DNA from: Microbotryum violaceum
Lineage: Eukaryota
Direction: 5' to 3'
Assembly: GCA_001244265.2 (NCBI GenBank)
Contig: CDLV01000011.1
Span: 1,178,001 to 1,242,000, forward strand
DNA: 64,000 bases
Shown here: positions 22,865 through 40,470 of the stretch, in pieces
Position numbering within the stretch: position 1 is the first letter of the stretch
Layout of the letters: every line of letters starts with the position of its first letter
Notes under the pieces: model-generated
Seen by the model: only the letters and a program-made list of their open reading frames with translations
Databases searched by the model: none
What the model was told of the DNA's origin: nothing
Position numbers and translations under genes: made by a program

Positions 22865-25800
22865 GGTCGCGCCCGTGGGTACCGTAGAGCGGTCCTCGAT
22901 GGTGAAAACCTTGAAGTCGTCGTGCATGGAATTGAACTCGTCATCGGCGGCCCTGGCCCACACTTCACTTTTGTCGCTCGACATTGCCTTGCGCCAGGTC
23001 TGTGGGTCGCTTGTGATGGATGGCCTCAGCGTCAGAGGTGTCGTCGTCAGTCGCGATGAAAGCGCGGTGGTGTCGGGTGAGGAAATCGATTTTGTCTGGC
23101 GATTTGTCACGAGAGTGGCGCCCAATGAGGTCGAGTTTGTCGGGCGACTCCTCAGCCGATGCGGGCTCGCGGTACATGCCAAAGTCGGGGCGGTGCACGT
23201 CCGGTGGGTCGAGGCGAACCTGGGGCTGTAAGCTGATGAGGTCGAGAGGATCGGCGGAGTATTCAGAGTCGGTTGGCAAGGCCGAGGGTGACGATGACGC
23301 AGGGAACGACGGTGAGGGCGCAGGCGAGAGCGCAGGCGAGAGCGCAGGCGACGGCGACGAGGGCGGCTCAGGAGACGGTGATGAGGACGGCGCAGGCGAC
23401 GGTGACGAGGATGATTCGGCATCTGTAGAATTAAGCAAGGTTCCGCCAGTGTACCCTGGGGCCACGTCAACGGCGCTCATGGCAGAATCATCAAGAGGGG
23501 ATGAGACGTCCATGTGCGCCGACCTTACTAGTGGGGTCCATGTCTTGACAGTGTCTTGAGGTTTGGCAATGGGAGCGCTGGCGAAGTGCGTGTCGGTGTC
23601 TTCCTCGGTGGAGTCACCAAGTAAACCGGGGAATTCAGTGTCGAGGAAGCTGGCATTTCTGCCCAAAATGATCTTTTTGGTCGTTGTGTTTGTAGAAACG
23701 GAAGGCTTTGGAAGCCAGGTTGTAGCTGGTGAAGAGAACGCGAACCGCCTTGGGGTCGAGTTTTGAGCGAAGTTTGGGCGCGACCGTGAGCCAAGCTGTG
23801 CAGCCGAACGGGTGAAGCGCCAAGGCGTTGGCGCGCTCGCCCTGCCAGACGGAGTTCGGTGTTTCCTTGTCGAGGGCCGAGTGTTGACACAGATTCTTGC
23901 AGTATACAAAATAAGCTGCGGCCTCCTCCCAGAATGTCTTGGGTAAGTGTGCGTCCGCAAGAAGCGCAAGCACGCCTTCGACAATGGAACGATTGACCCG
24001 CTCTGCACGACCGTTCTGTTGAGGTGTTCGAGGGATAGAGTACTGTCGGCGTGTGCCGCGTGCCTTGCAGAAATCCGTGAACGCTTTCGAACGGTATTCG
24101 CCACCGTTGTCGGTTCGGAGGACCTTCAATGTTGCACCCGTCTCGAGTTCAACTTCGGCAAGCCAAGTCTTAAACACGCCGAACACTTCGCTTTTGTGTC
24201 CGATCGCGTAGACCCAGAGTTTGCGGGAGTAATCGTCGAGGAACGTGACAAGGTACTGTTTGCCAGTCAAGGACCGCTCGGGAGGGAAAGCACATCACTG
24301 TGCACAAGGCCGAGTCTCTCGGAGGAGTGCGAATCCAAATTGGGAAAAGGAAGACGATGGCCCTTGGCACTGAGGCAAGCATTGCAGACAAACTTCTCTA
24401 CCTCTTCGTCACTATATCCGGCCCCGAGACCCTCCAGCAAACCAGCGGCAACCATCTTCTGTATGGACGACGGTGCAAGATGGCCAAGGCAGCGGTGGAG
24501 AGTCAGCAGGGGCACGGAAGACTGTGAGCGAGAGAGGAGAGCAAGCTGCTGACATTTGGAATGATCAGCGTCCAGCAAGTAGAGCCCTTCGTCGAGCCTT
24601 GCGCCTTCAGCAATGTTGTTGCCATCTTTGTCAATGTGTATGCCGTATTTTGTGAAGGCGACGCGGACGTTGTCGGTGTCGCAGAGACGTGAGACCAAGA
24701 GAAGGTTGACAGGCAGGCCTGGAGTGTGCAGCACACCAGTGAGCGTGATCGGATGACCCGAGGCGGCGACGAAGGCGATGTTTCCCGTCCCGATGACGTT
24801 AATACCCCTGCAATACCACCAATCTTTGTAGGGGCGATGTGTCAATAGTTCGTGAACAGTGACTTGCCCAAGACCGTGTGCAAAGTGGCGCCTGAGTCAT
24901 TGACGAAGGAGTTGGTGCGAAGCTGGCAACGATGAGCAAGAAGGTTGGTAGCGAGACATCCGACATGGTGTTGCGAGTCGGCGGTCGAGTCGGCCGTGTC
25001 GGGTAAGCTCTCGAGGGACGGGTGTGCAATGGCGAGGAGGAGTGTGGCGAGAACATCATTGATAGTCGTCTTCGTATCGATGATTTCTTGCGCAATGGCT
25101 TTGAACTCCATGATCCAGCCGTCGAATTCGCCAACGGTGCCAGGCATGGGCCGGAAACTCCATAGTCGGGAGAAGAGCTCGAGCGTGCGAGTGGCGTCGT
25201 CAGGAGCATACCGCGATTTCAGCGTCGAGTACATTTTGGGCGCTGTGAGGTCAGCGGTAGGGATTGCGTCGAGGACTGCCGAGACTTCGGCCGAGTCGAT
25301 CGAGTTCGCAAGAAGCTCGCGGGCCACGACATTGCGGGCGGAGCGTTGTGAAGGGGTCCAGTCGACGGGCACGATGCCGTCGAGGACGTACGAGCGGATG
25401 TCGTCCGCTAGGCACAGGCGAAGTTGGCGTGTCCAATTTGCAAATGTCTTTGGCCCATCCAAGCGTGCGTGCTTGGGAAAGGCGGGGCGAGAGGTGCCGG
25501 ACGACGTGGCGGATGTGGCAGTGGTGAGACCCGACAGCAGCGACGTAAGTGCGGCGAGCTGTTCAGCGGGGATTGTTGGGTGGGCACCCGTCGTTAGGGG
25601 TGACGACGTGTCCATGCCAGCGGTAGGTCGATGGGCGAATAACCTATGAGACGATCACCACTACTGTCAGGAGAGGTTGAAAGTCAAGCAGAAGTGATCT
25701 GTTTCAGCGTACCTATAAGGCGATCACCACGACTGTCAGGAGAGGTTGAAAGTCAAACAGAAGTGATGAGAAGGGAGCTAAGAAACAAAAAGGGGGCCCG

Positions 25801-26293
25801 CGCTGGGATAGGCCCAGCCGCGGGTGAAATCGCTGGCGCGCTGAGGCAGTCGCCCGCGTCTAAGTCCTCACTGCAAGGGGGCGGGCTAGCGGGCTCGCGC
25901 AACGACCGAGGCGCCCCTGTTGAGCTGAGAGTGGACTCTTCACATCCACATCCTGGTCCATCCGTCCAGCCGTTGCCTGCTTACTCTGCTCGCCTCCGCC
26001 GCCTTTCGCCCGCACCAGCCTGTTCAACTCACGCTCGCGCACCGCTGTCTCCACGCCGGAACTTAGTCGATCTACCACTCCTGTCTTGCCAAACCGATGC
26101 CTCCGGTTAGCTACCATCAGCTTGTCATCACCAACCTCATGTTCCATTAGCCATCAGAGCATTGCCCATCCATGATGTCCGTTGTTTGCAACCTGGATCT
26201 TGTTGCCCCGGACTGCCCCGCTCACCAACACTCGACCATGGTAGATAAGTATCCCCTCGTGTCCGTTGTCCAACACAACACCTCTCGAAGCCT

Positions 26294-26297
<4 letters not shown>

Positions 26298-26332
<35 letters not shown>

Positions 26333-27847
26333 ACTGGGGCTCATAAATTGCTATCCTTCGGGTTGGCTGGGACCGCTACAAAAAGAGCTAAAGGAGGTTA
26401 TAAAGCAACGACGGCAAGCAGTTGGGTGAAAGTCAAACCCCTGTGCGCAAACAGCGCTGCACAGATCAAAATCCGCCGAGCACCTAACGCGGACTCCAAC
26501 GGGCGGTGAGTACTGCTGCCGCTTCACGTCCCAAGAGCGGGAGCAAAGCTACTCAAAAACCAGGCAAGAGCGCCTAGAGAAAGAAGGGGGAGAGTATACA
26601 GGAAGTCACGACTGGGGTATGGATAACCAGAAATACTAAGACAGAGAGGAGGGGAACACACCCGAGGGGCCAAGGGAGGGGTCCAAAGCCAGAGATAAAG
26701 GTCCCCAGGGACTAACAGGCCGCAGCCAAGCCCCAGCTACTCGTCACCCCGACAGCGCCTGATGTCCTCCCTTGGCTGAATCTCGATTGCTGGCTGTTGA
26801 GCTGTCGGGGCCAAGAGAAAAGCAATCCAGTACAACGAAGCAAGCCTCGCCTTGACACAAGGATATTGACCAGAAACAAGCAACCTTCCTTCCCAAGCCA
26901 TGTGGTAGATCTTGACCAACGCGAACAAACAAACCATTCAATGGAATCCAACACACGGCTTAGGAGTAAAAGGAGAAGTGGCTGAAGCGTAGTCAACGAC
27001 CAAGCAACAGGGAAGGAAAAAGGGGGGGAAAGGAGAGAGAAAAACTTCACAAAGCCTCCAACGCAAAGACGATTGTACTGACTTGCCGATCCATCCAAGA
27101 ACGAAAACCGCTACTGCGCAAAGTAGAGAGAGAGAGAGAGAGAGGTGCGCAGCCTTCCACTGCGCAACAAGTTTTGAGACAGTCAGCTTCTGAAAGAGAA
27201 GTCGACCTCCGAAAAAGAAGGGAGGAAAATGGGAAGGAAGGACTTAACTTGGTCGTCACACCTCCCAATCTCAAGCCCCAGGCACAAAACCCGCTCAAGA
27301 GAGAAAATCTTGCTCAAACACTCTGAGTGCACTGGGGAGCAAGGGAGGGGCCACGACCTTGTCCAGCTCGAACCGCTGATGAACGCGCCAGCGGGGCAGG
27401 TGCAGCCGCTGGAAGCCGATTGCGCAAGCCAGCCAAACCCACATCCATTTTGAGGTTGTTCTCCCATGACCCCGCAAAAGGGGGAGCCCCATAGTCAGCT
27501 GCTCCGGAGTGAACATCGACGGATCAACATCGGTATCCTTGATGCCGAGCTTGTTGAACAGAATGCAAAGCCCCCCGCCCCAGAAGCTGGTCGAGTACGC
27601 GCACTCAAAAAAGTAGTGCAACACCATCTCAATGACCACTGCATTGTTGCCGCAGAACAGACACGTCGGCAAAGAGGCATGACCCTGAGTATGCTGCCTT
27701 TTGCGCGTCAGCATCACGTCGTACATGAGCCGCCAGTGGGTGTCCTGCTCCACCTCCTGATTGTTGAACTTTGCTCCATCTTACTTCTAGGACAATATGC
27801 GCTCACTGAAGTAGAGGTGCCTCGCCTTTTGGTGCAGTGGTATATTG
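26298..27847 (-). mobile_element. 5'-truncated non-LTR retrotransposon (LINE, L1/Tx1-like C-terminus)
   Basis: 36-nt poly(T) at 26296-26331 is the poly(A) tail. ORF remnant 27753-27295 has CLFC...HYFFEC...FW (zf-RVT-like). Probable TSD CTCCTT at 26292-26297 and 27848-27853, followed by AAAA. Confidence 0.8.
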
Positions 27848-27947
27848 CTCCTTAAAACTGATGGCCCACTTGGAGTCTAGTCCTTGAAGCTTCGCAACGT
27901 GCCCGCCCAGTTTGCCTTAGTACCTTTGCGCGCGCCCTTGCTAGAAC

Positions 27948-32990
<5,043 letters not shown>

Positions 32991-34916
32991 AGAACCTTGT
33001 CAGACTCGCGCGCTCTCACGCCTCTCTCCCTCTTCTCTATTGTTTCACTCGCCAATCAGACTGCTGAGATTCCGTAGAGAACAGGGCCGTTGCAATCAGA
33101 TCTATTGTTTCATCTCACCAATCAGACTGCTGAGGTTCCGTAGAGAACAGATTGCTCGGCTACGCTGCGGCCGCCCGCCAGAGTGCATTCGCTCGCCTCG
33201 CAACTTCTCCACCTGGGAGTCCACTGCAACGCCGTCCTGCCTTGCAACCTCCTCGAAACGATCCGGCTCGTGCCGCCTCACAAATCACCAGCGACCCCTG
33301 GTCACAACTGAACACGGCCAACTAAGACTTCCTTCGAGTACGCGCTGTCATCCTGACACCTTGGCTTGGCAACATGTGAGAGGTGTGGATATGACTAAGT
33401 CCCGGCGTGGAGGGAGCGGCGCGCGCGCGTGAGTTGAACAGGCAGGCGCGGGCTGGAAGGGGGCGGCTTGGCCGCTTGAGTATGTTAAATTGTGACCAGG
33501 GGTTGCTGGTGATTCGTGAGGCGGCACGAGCCAGATCGTTTCGAGGAGGTTGCAAGGCAGGACGGCGTTGCAGTGGACTCCCAGGTGGAGAAGTTGCGAG
33601 GCGAGCGAATGCACTCTGGCGGGCGGCCGCAGCGTAGCCGAGCAATCTGTTCTCTATGGAACCTCAGCAGTCTGATTGGTGAGATGAAACAATAGATCCG
33701 ATTGCAACGGCCCTGTTCTCTACGGAATCTCAGCAGTCTGATTGGTGAGATGAAACAATAGAGAAGAGGGAGAGAGGGGCGAGAGCGCGCGAGTCGGGCA
33801 ACGTTCTAGCAAGGGAGCGCACAGCGGGTCTAAGTCAAACTGGGCGGGCACATTGCGAAGCTAAAAGGCCGAACTCCAAGCGGGGCATCGAGGCTCTAAG
33901 AGGGGCTGTGTTGGACAGCAGACACGAGGGGAAACTTGTCTACCATAGTCGAGTGTTGGTGAGCGAGGGAGTCCGTAGCAACAAGTCCAGGTTGCAAACG
34001 GCGGGCGTCATGGATGGGCAATGCTCTGGATGCCAGATGAGACATGAGGACGGGGGTGGCACACTGGGTGTGACTTGGCAAGACAGGAGAAATAGATCGA
34101 CTAAGTCCCGGTGTGGGAGGCGGCGGTGCGCGAGCGTGAGTTGAACAGGCTGGTGTGGAGGCGGCAAACAAGGGGGCGGCTTGGCAGTGAAGGCGAAGGC
34201 GCCGAGGCAAAAGGCGGACAAGCCCGTCAAACGGCGGCAAGGCAAAAAGCGGCGGAGGCGTGCAGACAGGCAGGCAACGGCTGGATGGACGGACCAGTAT
34301 GTGGACAAGTTGATGAACGGTGCACATGGGTTGAAGGACGAGACTGGGCGCAAGTGACATGCGGTGACGCTTGAGGACGGGGCCAGCAAAGGCGCCGAGG
34401 CGAAGGGGCGGCTTGGCTACAAAGGCAAAAAGCGGCGGAGGTGTGCAGAGCAAGGCAGGAAACGGCCGGGCAAACGGACCAGGTTGTGGACAAGTTGACA
34501 AAGGTGCACATCGATCAAGGGACGAGGCTGGGCGCAAGCGTCATGCGGCGAGGCTCGAGGGACAGGGGGCGCGGTGGAGGCTTGCGGAGGCGAAGGCGCG
34601 CGTGTCAAGGGGCCAAGGCAAAGGCGCGAGGCAAAAGGCGGACAAGCCCGTCAAATGGCAGCCCGAAGTCGAAGTGTTTGAAGGCTTGACAGAATGCAAT
34701 TCAACAGAGTAAAGGGGTGGCTTGGCAGCAAGGACAAGGGGGCGGCTTGGCAGAGACGAGGGGGCGGCTTACGAAAGGCGCCCAAGGTTGAAGTGTTTGA
34801 AGGCTTGTAGTAGAATGAAATTCGGCACAAGACCAAAGAGAGGTCCAAGCGGCGCGGCCGGCTAGGCCCGGCGCAGATTGGAGATTGATCTAAGCAAGAG
34901 TGTATGAAATTCAACA

Positions 34917-35545
34917 CCCCCCCTCGCTTGAAGCTTACTTAGCCTCGGAGACCCAGGTTCTCATGATGAACCTTGAACACTAAAGGCCCAAGTGCCTTGG
35001 TGAAGATGTTGGCGACCATGGTTTTGTGTCCACATAGTCAACTCGAATGGTGCCCAGCCTGACTTGGTTGCGTACAAAATGCTCGCGGATGCGGATGTGG
35101 CGGGACCGGTGGTGGAGGGTGGGGTTCTTGGCGAGAGCCAGTGCTCCTTGGTTGTCGCCATAAAGTTAGATGGGAGCTTGGGTGTTGATGCCCAGCTCCA
35201 AAAGTAGTTCTTGGAGGTGCCCAGCTTCCTTTGAGGCATGCGAGAGTGCGAGGTACTCGGCGTCTGTGGTGGAGTCAGCCACTTGGTTTTGCACTTTGGA
35301 CAACCAAGAGATAACAGACCCGGCAAGGTGGAAGCTGCACTCTATGGTCGATTGAGACGATGTGGTGCAGGCGCCCCAGTCGGCATCGGAGTAGCCCGAG
35401 AATCCCAAGAACTTGCCTTGCTCAGAGGTGTAGTGGAGTCCCAGGATTGTGGTTCCTCAGAGGTACCAAAAGACGGTCTTGATGGCAGTCCAATGTTTGG
35501 GTGTGGGACTGGCAGAGAAGTGTGCAAGGTATCCAACAGCGTAGG
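34917..35545 (-). pseudogene. Copia family D RT/RNase H 3' end with PPT; 3' LTR starts at 34916 (TGTTGAATT)
   Basis: YSDADWG and [19 protein letters not shown] motifs; the C-run at 34917-34923 is the PPT on the minus strand. Confidence 0.85.
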
Positions 35546-35970
35546 TGTAATACACCCCGTTGGAGTGTACACCTGAGCGGCAATGACAAGGATCACAGGA
35601 CCAAAGTATGTAGAATTGACACTGGACACTCGTATCAGTCGCTAGTATGACGATGCCTTCTGATCCACCTTGTGCTCACCTGGACACTCATATCAGTCGC
35701 TAGAGAGAGACTAAGAGTGCCCAGGCGCGCGTCCCCTCCTCCTAAGGCCCAGGCGCACGGGCCTTACACTCTCCTCCCTCCTTGCCTTGTCCTCCCCCCG
35801 CCTTCCCCCTCTCCCACTCTTCCAACGCCGTGGTGTCCTCCAGGTGTGAGCACAACTCCCATGTGTTGTTGCTGTCTGCCCACCCCTTCCATTTCACCAA
35901 GAACCTCTTTCTTGACCCCTTTCCCTTTTCGTCCATAATCCGTTCGACCTCCCACTCCTCGTTTCCTTGG
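35546..35970 (-). mobile_element. 3' end (chromodomain and 3' LTR 35546-35768) of a second family-G gypsy
   Basis: Near-identical to 27948-28410; joined at ~35970 to the truncated integrase of G2. Confidence 0.9.
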
Positions 35971-38900
35971 TTGGGTCGAATATTGAGCATCTTGAGGAAC
36001 TCGGTCCACCAAGACGAAGTGGAGGTCGTTCCGCGGTCGGATACGATGTCGGCGGGAAGGCCATGCAGTCGGAAGATGTGCGTCTTGAATTGCGAGGCAA
36101 GGGTTTTCGACGTGTCGTCGTTCCGAGCCGGAATGAAGTGAGCTTCCTTGGTAAGGCGGTCCACAACGACGAGTACTGAGTCGAAACCGGATGACGGCGG
36201 AAGGTCGACGATATGATCCATGGAAAGCGAGGACCAGGGTTTCGTCGGAACCGGGAGCGAGTGGAGTGGGCCGTGCTTCCGATGATGAGAGGGCTTGTTG
36301 CGCTGACAACTATCGCAAGAGCGAACATAGTCATTGACGAACTCGCGCATCCCAGGCCCGACAAAGTTTCGATCAAGCAGCTCGAAGGACTTAGCTTGGC
36401 CGAAATGCCCAGATAGGGGCGAGTCATGAACTTGATGCAGAAGTTTCACCTTCAGAGGTTCGAAATCGGGGACGTAGATCTTGTGGCGTTGTAGGAGGAA
36501 GCCATCTTGAAGTGCAAAGTCGGGGTGAAGCGAGGCGTCTCGATTGAGATCGTTGATGATGCGAAGAGATGCCGGATCATGAAGAAGGCGAGACTTGATT
36601 AAGTCAGCGATCTCTGAGGAGGGTGAAAAGGTGGCGGAGATGGAGGATGGACGTAAAAGCACTACACCGGGTTGTTCACAAGCTTTTCCCCCCGCGGCAA
36701 AGTCGGGACGCCGAGAGAGTGAGTCGGCCTTGTTGTTTTGAGCGCCGGGTCGGTACTTGATGATGTAGTTGAGGTAATTGATTGCTTCGGACCAACGAGC
36801 TTGACGCCGGGTGAGAACTTTGGTCGTCTGGAAGTACTGAAGCGAGCTGTGGTCGGTGAGGATCGTGATCGGGTGGGTGCACCCCTTCGAGGTAATGTCG
36901 CCAGGTTTTGACACAAGCCACAATGGCGAGCAGCTCCTTGTCGTGAATCTCGTAGTTCTGCTCGGCAGGGGTCATCTTGCGCGGAAAGAAAGCGATCGGG
37001 CGAAGCTGAGAGTCGACGGTTTGTGAGAGGATGGCACTGATCGCAAAGTCGGACGCATCGGACTCGATGACGCAAGGCAGCGCAGGATCGTAGTACCGAA
37101 GAATGACATCCCAGGCGAAGAGCGACTTGAGGTGGTCGAACGCAGCAGCAGCTGAAGAGTCCCAGTCGGAGACAATACCCTTCTTGAGTAGACGAGTCAA
37201 AGGCGAGATGATGCGCGAATATCCTTGAATGAACCGTCGGTAAAAATTCGCGAAGCCGAGAAACTGCTGTAACTCCTTGAGCGTAGTCGGAGCTGGCCAG
37301 GAAGTGATGGCGTCCACCTTCGAAGGAGACATCGAGACACCCTCGGGCGAGATGACGAAGCCCACGTACTCGGTCGAGGTCTGGTGAAACTCACACTTCT
37401 TCGGGTTGCAGTAGAGCCGATTGTCGACGAGGCGACGAAGGACTTCTTGCACATGAACGACATGCTCGGAAAGCGAATCCGAAAAAATGAGAATGTCGTC
37501 GAGGTAAACAAGTACCGTGACGTCGAGGAGATCGCGGAAGATGCCGTTCTTCAAGTGTTGGGCCGCAGCAGGGGCGTTAGTGAGACCGAATGGCATGACG
37601 AGGCATTCGAAGTGACCGTAGCGTGTGCGAAACGCGGTCTTCCATTCGTCTCCCCCTTTGATGCGGACTAGGTTGTAACCGGAGCGAAGATCAAGCTTGG
37701 TGAAGGTCTTGGCGGAGCGAAATCGGTCAAGCGCTTCCGGAATCAAAGGCAAGGGATATTGATTTTTTCGGGTGACGGCGTTGAGTCCCCTGTAGTCGAC
37801 GCAAAGTCGTAGCGATCCATCCTTCTTACGAACGAAGAGAATAGGAGCGCCAGCGGGTGAAGTCGACGGGCGAATGAACCCCTTTGAGAGGTTCTCGTCG
37901 ATCCAAGTCGAGAGTGCCTGAAGCTCCTTTTCGGACAGAGGGTAGAGAGGGCCGAAAGGAGGTTGCTTGCCGTCTTCTATCTCGATGGCGATCGAAGGGT
38001 CGATGAGGCGGGAGAGTGTCGGCCTGCGCTTTGGAGAAAGCCTGAAGGTGGTGGTACTCCGAAGGAAGCTCAGATCGCAAGTCATCGAGGTATTCGGCAG
38101 AATCAGATGGACCCACAGGGAAGACTGACGGAAAGGCTTCCTCTGAGGTCGAGAACAAGTACGAGTGCGCTGGATCGCGATTGATCAGGCCAGAAGAGGG
38201 CTCATCGACCAGAATTTGATCGAAGGCGTCGGAAGAAACGAGGGCGACGTCCAGAGCGAGGTCGGGCGCCGAGTGTACGAGTGGGAGGCCCTGAAGGCTG
38301 ACATCAACTGAGGTTGGATGTCCAAGAGTGCATTGAGAGCACGAGAAAGTGAGTGTATTGTCTGCCCAATTGATAGAGGTATTGAGGAGACGTAACCATG
38401 GGGTGCCGAGCACCAGCGGGTAGGTACCCAACTGCGTGACATCGGCCTGAATGACTTTAGAGTGTCCTCCAAGCGAGATCGTGAGGCGAACAAAGTGCGT
38501 GATGTGGCCGGACGCTATGGGACGGCCGTCGATGACGAAGAGTGGGATCGAGCTCGAGTGAGGATGGCGAAATAGGCCATGACGAGTCACGAAGGAGTCA
38601 TCAATGAATGACGAGGTCGCACCCGAGTCGATGAGAGCCGAGCCTGAAACCGAAGGTGCCAGGCAGAAGTCGAGGGGTAGAACGAAGTGGTCAAAGGGTT
38701 GTGTGTCGAGTGTAGATGCCAAAGTGATGTGATCCGGTGAAGGAAGTGACCGGGTGATGCCGTGCACGAGTGTGATGTCCTCATGCGTGCACGTGGACAG
38801 AGGACACCCTAGTTTTTAGAGGTACTAGAGGTGGCAGCGGCATCTGTGAGGGAGAACGTGGCGTTGCCAGCACGACGTCCCGGATACTTCTTGGGAGCGG

Positions 38901-40425
38901 CGGGGCAAGAGCTGACCTGGTGGTCACCTTTACCGCAGTAAAGGCAGAGATTGTTCTTGAGGCGTTCTTCGCGTTCTTGAGGGGTGAGAGGAGCCCTGCG
39001 AGTGGTCGTGGCGTCAACGTCCATGGGAATGGGGCCCTGGGTCGTGACGGCGTGAGTGGCACGAGCTGGCTGCGAGGCTGGGTTACCTCGGTGCTGAGAG
39101 TGATGAGCTTGAGGTTTGTTGGTGATCTTGGCCTCCAGACGACTCTGGTGGATGCGATTGTCGGCTTTGATAGCTCTGGCGGAGAGGTCGGCAAGCGACG
39201 TAGGTTCGTCCTGGTAGAGGCTGAGCATGTTACGGACTTCAAGCTTGAGGCCGGCGTATAATTGTGCCTGCAAAGCGGGATCATTCCAGGAGAGGAAAGC
39301 AGACAGCTGGACGAAAGTGCTCGTATAGGCAGCCGCGGATCCGGTTTGAGTCAAGGCGCGGAGCTTGTTCGTGATGGTGTGTTCGCGATCAGGGTCGCCG
39401 AGGTAGAGTTGAGCCTGCTCGAGGAACGCTTGAAAATCCTTGAGGAAGGTGGGGCGCTTGTCCTCGGGAAGTTCGATGTAGGGCTCAAAAACCTTATAGG
39501 CGTTACTGCGGAGGAGGGAAATCATGAAGGCAATCTTCGCCTGATCCGTAGTGAAGAGAGAAGGGTTACCATAGATGTAGAACTTGCACTGGGACGCGAA
39601 CGTAGTGTAGGCAGTCTTGTCCTTGCCATCGTAGGTAGGCAGCTTCTCGAGGGGTGACTTGAGTTTGGGCGTATTTTGGAGATGTTTAGTAAGCTTCGTC
39701 ACCGCGTTGAAGTTCTCAACGATGGCTTCGTAGCTTCGCTGAAGGACGGTGCCTTGGGCACGGAGGGTGGCGACTTCTGCAAGGGCGGCGCCGCGCTCGG
39801 CGAGGGCAGCCTGCAGAGCTTCGACGGAGATGGTTTCGGGGGACATGGTGGATGAAGTCGGTGGAACCTGGAACTCGAATCTTCTATCACGAAGGGGCAA
39901 AGAGATAGGAGAGGTGAGCCGGACGTAGGGGCTCGAGACGAGGGGCAAGGGACGAGTCGAGAGATGTTCCAAAGACTTCCCGAGAGAAGCGAGGACGAGG
40001 GACGAGAGCAAGGATGTGACCTTTTGCGAGATTCGAGTTGCAGAAAAGAGAAAGAGAAACAAGCTATCACACTAGACACTTTTTATGCACAGGATAGAAT
40101 GCAAAGGAACACGTGCCCATGAAACGAAGTCATGTGCATCAAGCGAGATGATAAGAGCCAAACGGAGTCATGTGACCGAGCCAGATCACGTGGACCAGGC
40201 AAGACCACATGGACCAGGCGAGAACACGTCGTACAATAGATGTACCCGAAGCGAGACCATGTGACCAAGTGAGCTGATGATGTAGGCGAAGCGAGATCAT
40301 GTGATCAAGACGTGATCACGTGCGATACTGAAGCGAGGACCCGTACTCGAAGCGAGCCGAGGTCACGTGGTCCGAGTGAGATCACGTGAGCCAAGGGCAC
40401 AAGTCGCAAGCTCCCGTTTGTGACA
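35971..40425 (-). mobile_element. Ty3/gypsy family G2 (5' LTR, gag, PR, RT, RH, truncated IN)
   Basis: Gag ends at 38809 with [51 protein letters not shown]...CDSC, IVSDRG. The LTR starts TGTCAC at 40425; its other end (~40015) is tentative. Confidence 0.92.
38761..38818 (-). promoter_or_regulatory. Predicted -1 ribosomal frameshift signal (U AAA AAC plus pseudoknot) between G2 gag and pol
   Basis: The heptamer directly precedes the gag UAG and the -1 frame is open from it into protease. Stems TGTCCTC/GAGGACA and CGTGCACG/CGTGCACG. Confidence 0.8.
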
Positions 40426-40470
40426 GTTCGACTCTCAACCTCTCCTGACAGTAGTGGTGATTGTCTCATA
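40426..40470 (+). repeat. Terminal remnant of a family B LTR (ends CTCATA) into which G2 inserted
   Basis: CTCTCAACCTCTCCTGACAGTAGTGGTGATTGTCTCATA matches the B LTR 3' end. Confidence 0.85.

Noticed and set aside
26335-26346. GGGGCTCATAA next to the LINE poly(A) tail, resembling the tRNA-iMet anticodon arm and copia PBS
   Set aside because: Only 10-11 nt match and there is no cloverleaf or LTR context; compatible with chance.
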